A stretch of DNA of 64,000 nucleotides, taken from IMG/VR virus record IMGVR_UViG_3300023181_000028, positions 1-64,000 of that record, one strand, 5' to 3'. This DNA comes from a virus. Below, piece by piece: positions 1 to 8,627 of the stretch. The stretch's first letter is position 1; each line of letters begins with the position of its first letter. The notes under the pieces are model-generated. The model was not told where the DNA came from and searched no databases. It was given only the letters and a program-made list of their open reading frames with translations. A program made the translations under genes and the position numbers.

Positions 1-90
1 TTGCTCAGAGTCCGTTAAATCAAACATGAAGTTTAATACATTCACTTTCTTCTCAATAGAAGATTCTTTTATGGATATTGATTTATTCAT
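1..90 (-). CDS. hypothetical protein, truncated by window edge
   Basis: ATG at 90, open to position 1, same orientation as neighbours. Confidence 0.4.
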   Translation of the reverse strand, partial: MNKSISIKESSIEKKVNVLNFMFDLTDSEQ

Positions 91-183
91 AGTTTGCATT
101 TTACTGACTACGGCTCTCCGTACTCGCTTTGATTTACTTAGCGGTAAAGATTGCCATAGCAGTGGTTAGGAAGAGGTTGCCAT

Positions 184-513
184 TTACTTAGTTTGACCTC
201 TCTGTTTAGCCATTAATTCAAGTCTTTCCTGAAACTTACTTTTATAGGTTTTTCTTTCTTTTCTGTCCTCAATTGCACTCGAAACCGACACCGCAATTAT
301 GCAAAATATTAGCCATGCTATACAGATGAATACAGTCCAAACACTCCACCAATTAAATGGCCTGTCCTTTACGAGGTATAAAATAAATTCAATTAATGCC
401 CATGCCGGACTTAATACAATTCCGATGTATGCTAAAATCATTGATACGCTTAATACTACTATTTTCATTTTTTGTTTATTTTTTATTTGGTTAATACTCA
501 TTTTACACCCCAC
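184..513 (-). CDS. small membrane protein (2 TM)
   Basis: two hydrophobic stretches and a basic C-terminus; true start may be a downstream Met. Confidence 0.7.
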   Translation of the reverse strand: MGCKMSINQIKNKQKMKIVVLSVSMILAYIGIVLSPAWALIEFILYLVKDRPFNWWSVWTVFICIAWLIFCIIAVSVSSAIEDRKERKTYKSKFQERLELMAKQRGQTK

Positions 514-533
514 CGATTAGGGCGGGGAGGGGG

Positions 534-794
534 TTAAAAAACTTCGAAGTTATCTTCAAAGTACTGTTTTGCCACAAGCCATTGATCGTTGTGGTTTTTA
601 GGATTCCTGGCGATCATATCACCAATTTTAGGGCTTCCGTTTTTTAAATCCACATCAGACACGGAAACTTTAAATTCTGTTTCCGTCATTATGTGAGGGT
701 GTTTGTCTTGGTTAAAAGCTGTAATGTCAGCTTCTGTAACCTTTCTCATTTCTGCAATTTGAGACCTTTTGAATTGTTTGAACTCGTTCATCAT
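534..794 (-). CDS. conserved small phage protein (PGDYG-like beta fold)
   Basis: GSPKIGDMIARNPKNHNDQWLVAKQYFEDNFE motif recognised from phage hypotheticals. Confidence 0.7.
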   Translation of the reverse strand: MMNEFKQFKRSQIAEMRKVTEADITAFNQDKHPHIMTETEFKVSVSDVDLKNGSPKIGDMIARNPKNHNDQWLVAKQYFEDNFEVF

Positions 795-819
795 TTCTAT
801 TTTTAAGGGTTATTACTCG

Positions 820-1149
820 TTAATGGGGGTCTACTGATCCCTCTTGTTTTATTGATTTGAATTTGATGTATAGTTCAGCGGTGGTGTAAAATCGTTTATA
901 AGCTCCATCATTATGAGATAATTTATATTTAGCTGTAAAGGACCACGTGTCGCTAAAGTCTCTAATGAGATTATCATCACACCACTCAGCAAACTCACAC
1001 GCATCATTCGGCATAGATTCAGCGGCTCGGAAGCCTTTAGACCATGCGATACGATTGTTCTCTACAAACACAGCGTTACTTGCGTAGTCGCTATCTGGAT
1101 ACGCTACCTTAGCCATCCTTTCCAATTCTTCTTTACTTGTTTTTTCCAT
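820..1149 (-). CDS. hypothetical protein
   Basis: 109 aa ORF in tightly packed minus-strand array. Confidence 0.7.
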   Translation of the reverse strand: MEKTSKEELERMAKVAYPDSDYASNAVFVENNRIAWSKGFRAAESMPNDACEFAEWCDDNLIRDFSDTWSFTAKYKLSHNDGAYKRFYTTAELYIKFKSIKQEGSVDPH

Positions 1150-1399
1150 TGCGTGCTTTTTTACGTTTGTGTCCTTTACGATTGTTTTGTTTGCGGGATT
1201 TATTAAACTTACCCGGTAAATATTCTATTGGTGTTTCATGCCTGGCGCTAAATTTATATGCCTCAACAAATACTTTTGAATCGGCAGATATATCATCAAT
1301 CACCTCCACTTCTAAGCCTTGTTTTTCAATCTGCTTTTTTGCCATAATTGTTTCGGCCGCCAATAGCCCGGCACCGATCATGTAAATTTTCTTTTCCAT
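1133..1399 (-). CDS. hypothetical protein, basic C-terminus
   Basis: 88 aa ORF overlapping next gene. Confidence 0.65.
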   Translation of the reverse strand: MEKKIYMIGAGLLAAETIMAKKQIEKQGLEVEVIDDISADSKVFVEAYKFSARHETPIEYLPGKFNKSRKQNNRKGHKRKKARNGKNK

Positions 1400-1419
1400 T
1401 GCGTTTTATTTTCTGGTGA

Positions 1420-1725
1420 TTAAGCTTTAACTAATTTGTAAGTGCCTGCGAACTGATCCGGATAAACAAGTTCTTTTGCGCCAGACAATTTTTTATGTAT
1501 TACTTCATCAGTGAATAAATCACCTTGCGATGTTTTATAAACATTCACATACATCTCCTCCTGCGTTTCCTCTTTCTTATCGGCGCGGGATTCAGCGCAT
1601 ACTCTACATACTACGCGGCGCTTATGGCCTATAAACTCATTCTTACACTCTCTACATCTATTAGAGTAATTGCCGTTTTCACCTTCGAAGTCGGCTGTCC
1701 AGTTTCTGTCGCTTGTGTTATCCAT
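1420..1725 (-). CDS. hypothetical zinc-finger protein
   Basis: CREC...CRVC. Confidence 0.7.
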   Translation of the reverse strand: MDNTSDRNWTADFEGENGNYSNRCRECKNEFIGHKRRVVCRVCAESRADKKEETQEEMYVNVYKTSQGDLFTDEVIHKKLSGAKELVYPDQFAGTYKLVKA

Positions 1726-1769
1726 TGGCGTTACTTGTTGGGAGGATTGCTTTGTATGGGGTCATAGCT

Positions 1770-1970
1770 TTATTCTGTTTCTAAGATTAAAAAATCAATA
1801 TGCCATTGTTCACCGTCTGGTAAATAAAATAGCTTCCCTCCATCAATATCAGCAACTTCGTTACTCTCAGAAACGTATGCATTTATCATACTTTTAAGAT
1901 CGTCCAAAAGGCTTTTATCTAAGTGACGTTCTGCGTAATCTGTTACGCCTATTAATTTTATCCTACTCAT
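1770..1970 (-). CDS. hypothetical protein
   Basis: 66 aa ORF in array. Confidence 0.6.
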   Translation of the reverse strand: MSRIKLIGVTDYAERHLDKSLLDDLKSMINAYVSESNEVADIDGGKLFYLPDGEQWHIDFLILETE

Positions 1971-2035
1971 CCTATTTGTTTTTAGTGATTAGTTTAATCT
2001 TCGCCTTTACTTCGGCTGGTAGTGGTTTTTTCATG

Positions 2036-2272
2036 TTATAATTTAATTAACTGGATTTTCTTTATTTTATCAATACATCTGGGACAAGTAATATCACCTT
2101 TTTTTAAATGATACTTATTTTCAAACTCACACCCACTATCTCCAATACCATAAGCCTCGCCTTCACAAAAAGTTCTATGCGTTGCTGCCTCATAATCGTC
2201 AAGACACCATACTGTTTTTTTTCTTTTAATCCCATCGTCAGAAGATAGTATTTTAACTAATAAATGTTTCAT
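2036..2272 (-). CDS. hypothetical Cys-rich protein
   Basis: C..FC...CPRC pattern. Confidence 0.7.
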   Translation of the reverse strand: MKHLLVKILSSDDGIKRKKTVWCLDDYEAATHRTFCEGEAYGIGDSGCEFENKYHLKKGDITCPRCIDKIKKIQLIKL

Positions 2273-2274
2273 CC

Positions 2275-2949
2275 TTATTTCTCTTTATTGGTTTGGTGGT
2301 ATTTGGTGAGGGCTGCTCTACACTTGTCAGTTACATCGTATAATAATCGCCGTGTTATTAAATCATGTAAGCTACCTGGAAATCTATCTTTGTGTTCAAC
2401 TGATTCAAGACGCTCTGATAACCCCTCTTCTTCGGCAACTTCAAAACAAGCTACGGTATTATTTAACGCCTCCGCCAACTCATCAGCACTCTGTTTTAAG
2501 GTGGTGTATTTATTTATAGCCTGCTCGATACCGACTTTGTTTGCATCAATAGTACTTGAAAGTAGGTTGCCACATTCGGACAGTTTCGCTTCCAACTCAG
2601 CAATGCGTTTATCCCGCTCGGCTAACTTGGTGGAGGCGTATTCGTCGCAAACTAATTTTACATTCTTCAACAATTTACCCTCTATTGTACCGTGCGTGTA
2701 GTAGTAGTTTGCGAAATGATATTTTAATTCAAAATCAGAATTAAGATTATTTCTGACTAATTCTAAAAAATATTCATTTTGTTCTGTATTGTTTTGCAAT
2801 GCAGGCTTATTAAATATCTCGTTAATCAGCTCAATCATTCTTGAATAGCTTATATCTCCTGAGAGCACCTGCTTTTCAAGATCTCGCATTCTTGATACCG
2901 TTAGCCTTTTATGCTCAGCACTCATTCCTTTGTTTGGTTCTTGGTTCAT
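2275..2949 (-). CDS. hypothetical coiled-coil protein
   Basis: 224 aa with heptad-like KRIAELEAKL segment. Confidence 0.75.
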   Translation of the reverse strand: MNQEPNKGMSAEHKRLTVSRMRDLEKQVLSGDISYSRMIELINEIFNKPALQNNTEQNEYFLELVRNNLNSDFELKYHFANYYYTHGTIEGKLLKNVKLVCDEYASTKLAERDKRIAELEAKLSECGNLLSSTIDANKVGIEQAINKYTTLKQSADELAEALNNTVACFEVAEEEGLSERLESVEHKDRFPGSLHDLITRRLLYDVTDKCRAALTKYHQTNKEK

Positions 2950-3167
2950 GGTTTAGAGATTAATTTGTGTTTACTTTTAAAAGCTTTTATTTTTTCTAAC
3001 AACTTCGCCTTACTTTTTTCTTTATAATCAAGTATTTTTAAAATATCCGGCCCCTGAGAACCCCCTGAATAAGTATCACACATTACAATCCATTCACCAT
3101 CAGATTTAATAATGCGACCTCTAAAATAAAATTGTATTTTTTTGGTTCTTAAAATTATTTTTTCCAT
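2946..3167 (-). CDS. hypothetical protein
   Basis: ATGA overlap with downstream gene. Confidence 0.65.
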   Translation of the reverse strand: MEKIILRTKKIQFYFRGRIIKSDGEWIVMCDTYSGGSQGPDILKILDYKEKSKAKLLEKIKAFKSKHKLISKP

Positions 3168-3172
3168 CCGTC

Positions 3173-3445
3173 TTACTTCTTTAAAATTAATAATACATTT
3201 TCTTTAATGCCATGAGAGGCAAGGCTAAGAAGACATTTTTTACACATGTTTCTTCTTTTAAGTATATCTTCTTTTTTTAAAATCAAATCAGTGCCACCTT
3301 CGAATCCAGATTCAGACAGAGGGTTGTAATTAAACCCTAATTCTCTACCACACAAAGAGTGTACAGTATGTATTTCCTTAGCTACGTGTGTTTTACCTTT
3401 TCCCCACACACTATAATCAGCTATTAAAGTGTAATTTAAGTCCAT
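3173..3445 (-). CDS. hypothetical zinc-binding protein
   Basis: H...LCG...CKKC. Confidence 0.7.
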   Translation of the reverse strand: MDLNYTLIADYSVWGKGKTHVAKEIHTVHSLCGRELGFNYNPLSESGFEGGTDLILKKEDILKRRNMCKKCLLSLASHGIKENVLLILKK

Positions 3446-3633
3446 TCTTGATTTTCGTTAAACTTACCAGTCTTTTTAGAATTAGAAAAAAGTGGTTTTA
3501 ATTTTTCTGCTTCAAATTCAGAAATCGAAATTCTAACACTTTCTTTTTTTGGTTCTTCAATATTTCCAAGTGTTAAAAAATAAGCCTCCCCAAATGTACC
3601 AAGATCTTGTTTATTCATTGAAACTACTATCAT
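3436..3633 (-). CDS. hypothetical protein
   Basis: 65 aa ORF with A-rich upstream region. Confidence 0.65.
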   Translation of the reverse strand: MIVVSMNKQDLGTFGEAYFLTLGNIEEPKKESVRISISEFEAEKLKPLFSNSKKTGKFNENQEWT

Positions 3634-3727
3634 TTTTTTATATTTTAAGTTTATATTTTTATTATCATTAAATTTTCTACACCCTCCGGCACACTTAGCG
3701 CGATCAGTTTAGTGGGGTGTAGTGGGG

Positions 3728-3892
3728 TCATTTTGATTGCTCCTCCAAAAGCTGTAAAACTTTGTCATAAGCAAGTATCTTCCCCCAATAAACACTTTCC
3801 ATTGAAGTGCCTGATGTTTGCTTTTTATATTCAATTTTCGCCTCATTCCTGAGTGCCTTGATTTTTTCGATTGTTGTTTTTTCTGGTGGCAT
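3728..3892 (-). CDS. small hypothetical protein (54 aa, MPPEKTTIEKIKALRNE...), not in ORF track
   Basis: read manually; first ORF after the ECF-like promoter at 3911-3939. Confidence 0.65.
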   Translation of the reverse strand: MPPEKTTIEKIKALRNEAKIEYKKQTSGTSMESVYWGKILAYDKVLQLLEEQSK

Positions 3893-3910
3893 GAGTTATT
3901 ATTTAAACTT

Positions 3911-3939
3911 GTTTACGAATACAATTCATTAAGGTTGCG
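3911..3939 (-). promoter_or_regulatory. ECF-sigma-like promoter CGCAAC-N16-CGTAAAC
   Basis: copy of 12-member motif, intergenic. Confidence 0.75.
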
Positions 3940-4509
3940 TTATTTTGCAATTTTCTTCTTAATCACTGAATTTATAGTTTCGGAGTAGCGCTTAGTGAAC
4001 AATTTAGCAAACGCGTCTATTACTTTAAAATCTGAATTAACAGCCTCCGTCCAATTTTTAGGTTTATCCCAAAGCTCTTTGTATTCCGCGCAAATAGATT
4101 TATAATTCGCCGCGCTTAAATATTCTGGGTGATAAGACAACATAGGATTGATTGTAAACACTTTCTTATCATAATTAGGTAGTAAGTATCCATTTTCAAT
4201 AAGATGCTTAAAATCCTCTCTAATTGATTTTACGTTCCCACTCAATTTTATACTAGGATTATACACAACATTTGCCGCCAAAACAGTTTCTTTAAAACTA
4301 ATTAATAAACGCGTGGAATATACAATCGTATTATCTGATTTAGATTGATATATAAGCCAGCTAAGCAAGGCAAATTCACTAGAAGGTAAATACATAGCGC
4401 AGTTAGTGAAATGCTTTGTAACCACCCTTGTTGTCTTTCCTCCGGTTAATTCCGGGAAATAAGGCAATGACTTAACCTGTGTAGATTCAATAGACTTAGT
4501 GTTAGCCAT
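3940..4509 (-). CDS. putative winged-helix DNA-binding protein (RepL-like)
   Basis: SEFALLSWL...KHLIENGYL...FTINP pattern typical of wHTH RepL-like proteins. Confidence 0.55.
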   Translation of the reverse strand: MANTKSIESTQVKSLPYFPELTGGKTTRVVTKHFTNCAMYLPSSEFALLSWLIYQSKSDNTIVYSTRLLISFKETVLAANVVYNPSIKLSGNVKSIREDFKHLIENGYLLPNYDKKVFTINPMLSYHPEYLSAANYKSICAEYKELWDKPKNWTEAVNSDFKVIDAFAKLFTKRYSETINSVIKKKIAK

Positions 4510-4753
4510 CTATTTCATCCGCCCCTCTGCCGGAATACTTCAATCCATTATTTATAACAAATCCAGATGGATCTATATAAACCTCTCCTTCTTTACACAA
4601 TTCACCATTAACAGTGATTGTCCTTGCACCAGATACATATATTCTATGTGCTAAAAGATAAGCGTCTATTGCCGTGGCAACTTCATCTCCTGTTAATGAT
4701 ACTTCAACTCCTGGGCCATATTCAGATTGACCTCTTCCATATTTTACAGTCAT
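4502..4753 (-). CDS. hypothetical protein
   Basis: 83 aa, overlaps both neighbours. Confidence 0.7.
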   Translation of the reverse strand: MTVKYGRGQSEYGPGVEVSLTGDEVATAIDAYLLAHRIYVSGARTITVNGELCKEGEVYIDPSGFVINNGLKYSGRGADEIDG

Positions 4754-4941
4754 AACTTCTGAAATAAAGCGTTCAACACCTTTAACTCAACCTGTATATT
4801 ATTTATACATTTTGATATTTCCTTTTTTAAATAGGATTTATCCTTCACAGTTTCTTTAACAGTGGTGTTAGGGCTTCTTTTAGCTTTAGCCTCAGTTACA
4901 AATTTGCCAGTCTTAGCTGAACGATTAATTGTTTTTTTCAT
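4750..4941 (-). CDS. small basic protein, RSAKTGxFV family
   Basis: RSAKTGKFVTEAKAKRSPNTTVKE motif. Confidence 0.7.
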   Translation of the reverse strand: MKKTINRSAKTGKFVTEAKAKRSPNTTVKETVKDKSYLKKEISKCINNIQVELKVLNALFQKL

Positions 4942-4952
4942 GGTTATTTATT

Positions 4953-5267
4953 TTAATTATCTTCTAAATTAGGGTTATTTTTAACCTTATCCAGCCATTT
5001 CCAGAAGGGGTCTTCCCTCATAATGATAGGATATTCACAATTAGTTCCGTGTGTAATAGCGTCAGATTTTGACTCTATAATAGCTATTAAAAGCCATTCC
5101 GCTCCCGTGAAATCGCGCGGAGTACCTAAATCATTAGCATCAATACATTTCTGCTTAATCCTTACTAAATCATCAACAATTGACTTCAATTTCCTTTGGC
5201 ATCTGCAAATACCGAAATAATAAGTTAAAATGTTTCCTATTTTATGCCATTCCTTATTATCTACCAT
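4953..5267 (-). CDS. hypothetical protein
   Basis: 104 aa ORF. Confidence 0.7.
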   Translation of the reverse strand: MVDNKEWHKIGNILTYYFGICRCQRKLKSIVDDLVRIKQKCIDANDLGTPRDFTGAEWLLIAIIESKSDAITHGTNCEYPIIMREDPFWKWLDKVKNNPNLEDN

Positions 5268-5564
5268 CTATACAGTTTGTAATTGTTCTTCTTTAATTTG
5301 TTCTTTAATATTCTCAAGTACATCCGCCGCGAATGTATCATCCAACTTTCGAAATTTTTCAGAATTAAACCTATACCTTTCTCCAACGATATTCGTTTGA
5401 TTAAAACCTACAAGGTAAACAGATCTATTATTAGGCATTCCGTCGCAAATATAAATTTCACCCTTAATAGGAAAAACTGTACCTGTCGGCGCGGATATTC
5501 CGGAAATCATACATTTGCCTAAAAATGCCTCAATACAAACCACGCGATCTCCCTGCTTAAACAT
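5268..5564 (-). CDS. hypothetical protein (SH3-like FKxGDRVVC start)
   Basis: MFKQGDRVVCI...GEIY. Confidence 0.7.
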   Translation of the reverse strand: MFKQGDRVVCIEAFLGKCMISGISAPTGTVFPIKGEIYICDGMPNNRSVYLVGFNQTNIVGERYRFNSEKFRKLDDTFAADVLENIKEQIKEEQLQTV

Positions 5565-5570
5565 AATCTT

Positions 5571-5852
5571 TTAAATTTTAGTATATTTTCGTTTAAACTG
5601 AGATACCACCATATCTCTCTCCCACCTACTTAACTTGCTTTTCTTTTCAAGAATTAATTTATATTCCTCGACTAAATTAACCTGTGGCATAGGACGGGAA
5701 TAATTACTTCCACCTATTCCTGACATAGCCATCATCATAGATGCCATCATAAGCATTTTAGGAGTCCGGCGGCTAGTGGGATGTTCTATTTCAGAATACC
5801 TCTCTCCATTAATTTCAAATACCCCATCATCTATTAAAGTTATACCTTCCAT
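5571..5852 (-). CDS. hypothetical protein
   Basis: first ORF after promoter-like motif at 5868-5897. Confidence 0.7.
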   Translation of the reverse strand: MEGITLIDDGVFEINGERYSEIEHPTSRRTPKMLMMASMMMAMSGIGGSNYSRPMPQVNLVEEYKLILEKKSKLSRWERDMVVSQFKRKYTKI

Positions 5853-5867
5853 AATATTTTTTCTTAT

Positions 5868-5897
5868 TTATACCCTATCTACTATGTAAAGGTTGCA
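5868..5897 (-). promoter_or_regulatory. ECF-like promoter variant TGCAAC-N17-GGTATAA
   Basis: perfect TGCAACCTT; -10 deviates from CGT. Confidence 0.55.
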
Positions 5898-5901
5898 AAA
5901 A

Positions 5902-6474
5902 TTATTCTTTAGCCCTTAATTTATCTCTCCACGCATTATTTACCCGCTGGTTGACCTTATTAAGATCCTTTAAATACATCATTTTATTACTAATCCGGCG
6001 CTTCTTTTCAACTTCTGGCGGAATAATAGACTTATGTTTCTTAGGCTTGTTTTTAGATTTATTATGAGGCTTACGCTCTTTTGGGTTCTTTTTAGTTCTA
6101 CCCTTTTTATCCTTAGCATAAGGATTATATACTTTTAATTGAATATTGTAAAACGGACTTAGCTTATTAATTTCCCTTTGTTCCAAATCATATAGCCTAC
6201 TCCGGTCAAATCCGGCCATATATTCTAAATGACGCTCAAAAACAAAATTATCTAATCCATGTAAGTCGAAATCAGCTTGAAGTTTATAATTGGAATGCTT
6301 TTTATGACTCAGGGCTAGTTTATGGCAATCAAACCTTCTTTCAAAATTGCCAGTGCTTCCAATGTAAATGTTATTGTTAACCACGCACCGAATAATGTAA
6401 ATCCCTGATCTGTATCCGATATATTTCTTCTTCAATATCTTTCCAAGCAATCTATCGTAAACTACATCAGCCAT
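5902..6474 (-). CDS. GIY-YIG endonuclease (homing-type) with basic tail
   Basis: SGIYIIRC...IYIGST, R..H, LEQ..I, YN motifs. Confidence 0.9.
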   Translation of the reverse strand: MADVVYDRLLGKILKKKYIGYRSGIYIIRCVVNNNIYIGSTGNFERRFDCHKLALSHKKHSNYKLQADFDLHGLDNFVFERHLEYMAGFDRSRLYDLEQREINKLSPFYNIQLKVYNPYAKDKKGRTKKNPKERKPHNKSKNKPKKHKSIIPPEVEKKRRISNKMMYLKDLNKVNQRVNNAWRDKLRAKE

Positions 6475-6523
6475 AGGATAATTAATAAGGTGGGGTAAAA
6501 TGATTCAAAAAGTGAACATTGTG

Positions 6524-7252
6524 TTAAAATCTATATTTATTGCAGCTTACAGCCATTACATAACCATTATGATAGTAAGAGTTTGGAATATCTTCCAGCA
6601 ACACTTTTACCTGATTCATGTTAGACGTTTTGATTATTTCTTTTCTGCCGTTAACGCAGAGAATAGAATTACTTTTCTTTAATTCTTTGATTCTATTATG
6701 TGCGGAACCAACGCTGCACCCTAACATGGATGCTATTTTACTCATAGATATGCTCATTAAGTCTTTTTCACCAGGTAACTTGTCTACATCTATATTCTTT
6801 CTTTTAACTGTCCTCTGAGCAGCTTTATATGAATTTAGATTTTGTGGGGTATGAAGGTCAAGGCTTAACTGCTTGTATCTATTAAATTGATTTTGCTTAT
6901 TCTTGAGAACTAGCAATTGAAGATCTTTGAATATTTGTTTTATACTATCAGCTATCTCAAACTTAACTATCACCTTTTTCTTATTGTGGTCAAACTTATT
7001 CAGCTTAACGAATAATAAATTCTTGCCGTGCATTTTACACCACCCGCTATTCAGAAATGATTTAATGTACTTACGGACGGCAGAAAGGCTTAGTCCAGAT
7101 TTTTCAGCTAATGATTTTTGGGTGTAATTGAAAACACAGGAATTAGAATAAAAAGACTTTAAATACAAAAACGCTGATAAATCTTTTAATCTTCCGCTTT
7201 TAGCGATAGCAATGAGATTTATTTTATTAATGTCTAAAGACCGATTATTCAC
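6524..7252 (-). CDS. two-HTH DNA-binding protein (replication-initiator/regulator-like)
   Basis: YTQKSLAEKSGLSLSAVRKYIK and ISMSKIASMLGCSVGSAHNRIKEL; GTG start. Confidence 0.75.
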   Translation of the reverse strand: MNNRSLDINKINLIAIAKSGRLKDLSAFLYLKSFYSNSCVFNYTQKSLAEKSGLSLSAVRKYIKSFLNSGWCKMHGKNLLFVKLNKFDHNKKKVIVKFEIADSIKQIFKDLQLLVLKNKQNQFNRYKQLSLDLHTPQNLNSYKAAQRTVKRKNIDVDKLPGEKDLMSISMSKIASMLGCSVGSAHNRIKELKKSNSILCVNGRKEIIKTSNMNQVKVLLEDIPNSYYHNGYVMAVSCNKYRF

Positions 7253-7258
7253 TTTCTA

Positions 7259-7311
7259 TTACAATTTTTGTAAGGATTTGTGATTTTTTGATTCTATTAC
7301 AGATTTTGTAA
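7259..7311. promoter_or_regulatory. paired palindromes TTACA-N5-TGTAA (7259-7273, 7297-7311), 38 bp period, locus 1
   Basis: same geometry at three other loci. Confidence 0.85.
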
Positions 7312-7312
7312 T

Positions 7313-7442
7313 AAAAAAGAAACCCTCACCTTTTGTTTTCTCTGTGTTCAGCAAAGAAGTGCTTGGTGAGGGTATTTAAAATGGCTAGAGGCCGGATATT
7401 AAATGTCTTACTTAACTTACTTTGCTGAACGGGATAAAATTA
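7313..7442 (-). promoter_or_regulatory. -7-like element (7435-7442) plus leader with competing antiterminator and terminator stems
   Basis: GTTCAGCAAAG/CTTTGCTGAAC 11-bp IR interleaved with ACCCTCACC/GGTGAGGGT 9-bp IR followed by T-run. Confidence 0.65.
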
Positions 7443-7481
7443 CTACATCCTTTCATTCTGTGCAAATATTATTTTGTTAAA

Positions 7482-7883
7482 TTATTTAATCTTCTGATTA
7501 TAATTTCCAATACACCTGCATCCGCCGAAGTTTACGCTATACCCATTACCTAAACTATCGTTTAAAAACAGGCTAAACTTATTCTCCTGAACTATATACC
7601 CATTGCCATACAATACCATTCCAGGATTGTAATACACGCTCAAATCATCTCCCGCCTTACAATTGAAAGATAAATCTGTGATAGCCGCGCCAACCTTATT
7701 AGCCTTAACCACCCCATTTAACTTAATAATCAATGTATCTCCCGCTGAATTAGAACTTCGATTAGGATAGATATACGCTGAGTATTTGTGTTCTTTAATC
7801 ACCACGGGCGGATTCACCGACGGAGTTAATGGTTCTTTCTTACAAGCCACTAACATTAACGATAGTATTATTATTTTTTTCAT
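7482..7883 (-). CDS. lipoprotein
   Basis: start reassigned to 7883: MKKIIILSLMLVA-C-KKE lipobox. Confidence 0.75.
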   Translation of the reverse strand: MKKIIILSLMLVACKKEPLTPSVNPPVVIKEHKYSAYIYPNRSSNSAGDTLIIKLNGVVKANKVGAAITDLSFNCKAGDDLSVYYNPGMVLYGNGYIVQENKFSLFLNDSLGNGYSVNFGGCRCIGNYNQKIK

Positions 7884-7887
7884 GTTG

Positions 7888-8199
7888 TTAAATAGTGTAT
7901 TTCCACCTTTTTTTATGTTTGTTTTCCCTCTTAACAGGTATTGTATAACTAACTCCAATTACAAATCCACCTACAGCAGCACCCCATATTGTACTAAATG
8001 GGTCTTTAGGAGTGAAAATAGACACTGAGCATCCAAGAGCAGTGGAGCAGATAGTTCCCATTATAGGATGATCTGTTTGTTTTCTGAATATTAATCCTGA
8101 TGTTACCGTCACGCCGCACCCGAAGTAATTGAATAGTTTGCCTTGGGGGAACTGCGCGGATAATCTTAAACATATCAGCATTAACACAGCCGTTCTCAT
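7888..8199 (-). CDS. membrane protein
   Basis: signal-like N-terminus and Gly-rich hydrophobic segments. Confidence 0.65.
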   Translation of the reverse strand: MRTAVLMLICLRLSAQFPQGKLFNYFGCGVTVTSGLIFRKQTDHPIMGTICSTALGCSVSIFTPKDPFSTIWGAAVGGFVIGVSYTIPVKRENKHKKRWKYTI

Positions 8200-8339
8200 C
8201 CGTAAATAACTCTTAGGTAAGCTAAATAAAGCTCCAAATTGAAATGACCGGGCTTACAATCATTATTATCACTTTCCCAGAACCTTTTTGCTACATCTAT
8301 ATTAAATGGATGTTGTGTGGGTTGTAAATTAGTGTCCAT
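8196..8339 (-). CDS. small hypothetical protein (47 aa, MDTNLQPTQHPF...), not in ORF track
   Basis: read manually; ATGA overlap with next gene; follows ECF-like promoter. Confidence 0.65.
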   Translation of the reverse strand: MDTNLQPTQHPFNIDVAKRFWESDNNDCKPGHFNLELYLAYLRVIYG

Positions 8340-8366
8340 AGCTTGATTTTATTGGTTTATAAGAGG

Positions 8367-8395
8367 TTTTACGAAAAACATATATAAAGGTTGCA
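8367..8395 (-). promoter_or_regulatory. ECF-like promoter TGCAAC-N16-CGTAAAA
   Basis: motif copy at head of leftward arm. Confidence 0.8.
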
Positions 8396-8615
8396 TTTAT
8401 TATTCAAATAGGCTTAAATACAGGGTTTATGTCATTAAACAGGGTAAAAGATTATGCCATTATTTTTATTATACAATTCTATTGCTTTTATCGGGGCCAT
8501 TCGGCGGAACAAGAAATAAATTATGCTCTATTATCATTGGGGCTATTTCAGGGTTAAAACGTATAAAATCAATTCAAATTTATTATTGAAGGTAGTAAAA
8601 TAGTAGTTAAAGATG

Positions 8616-8623
8616 TATATTTG
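8616..8623 (+). promoter_or_regulatory. Bacteroidota sigmaA -7 element TATATTTG
   Basis: matches TAnnTTTG. Confidence 0.6.
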
Positions 8624-8627
8624 CATT

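Noticed and set aside
1726-2035. 15-20 codon micro-ORFs between accessory genes
   Set aside because: Too short to support; likely remnants of gene shuffling
5902-6474. Group I intron around the GIY-YIG gene
   Set aside because: Flanking genes appear complete and no intron core is evident; treated as free-standing
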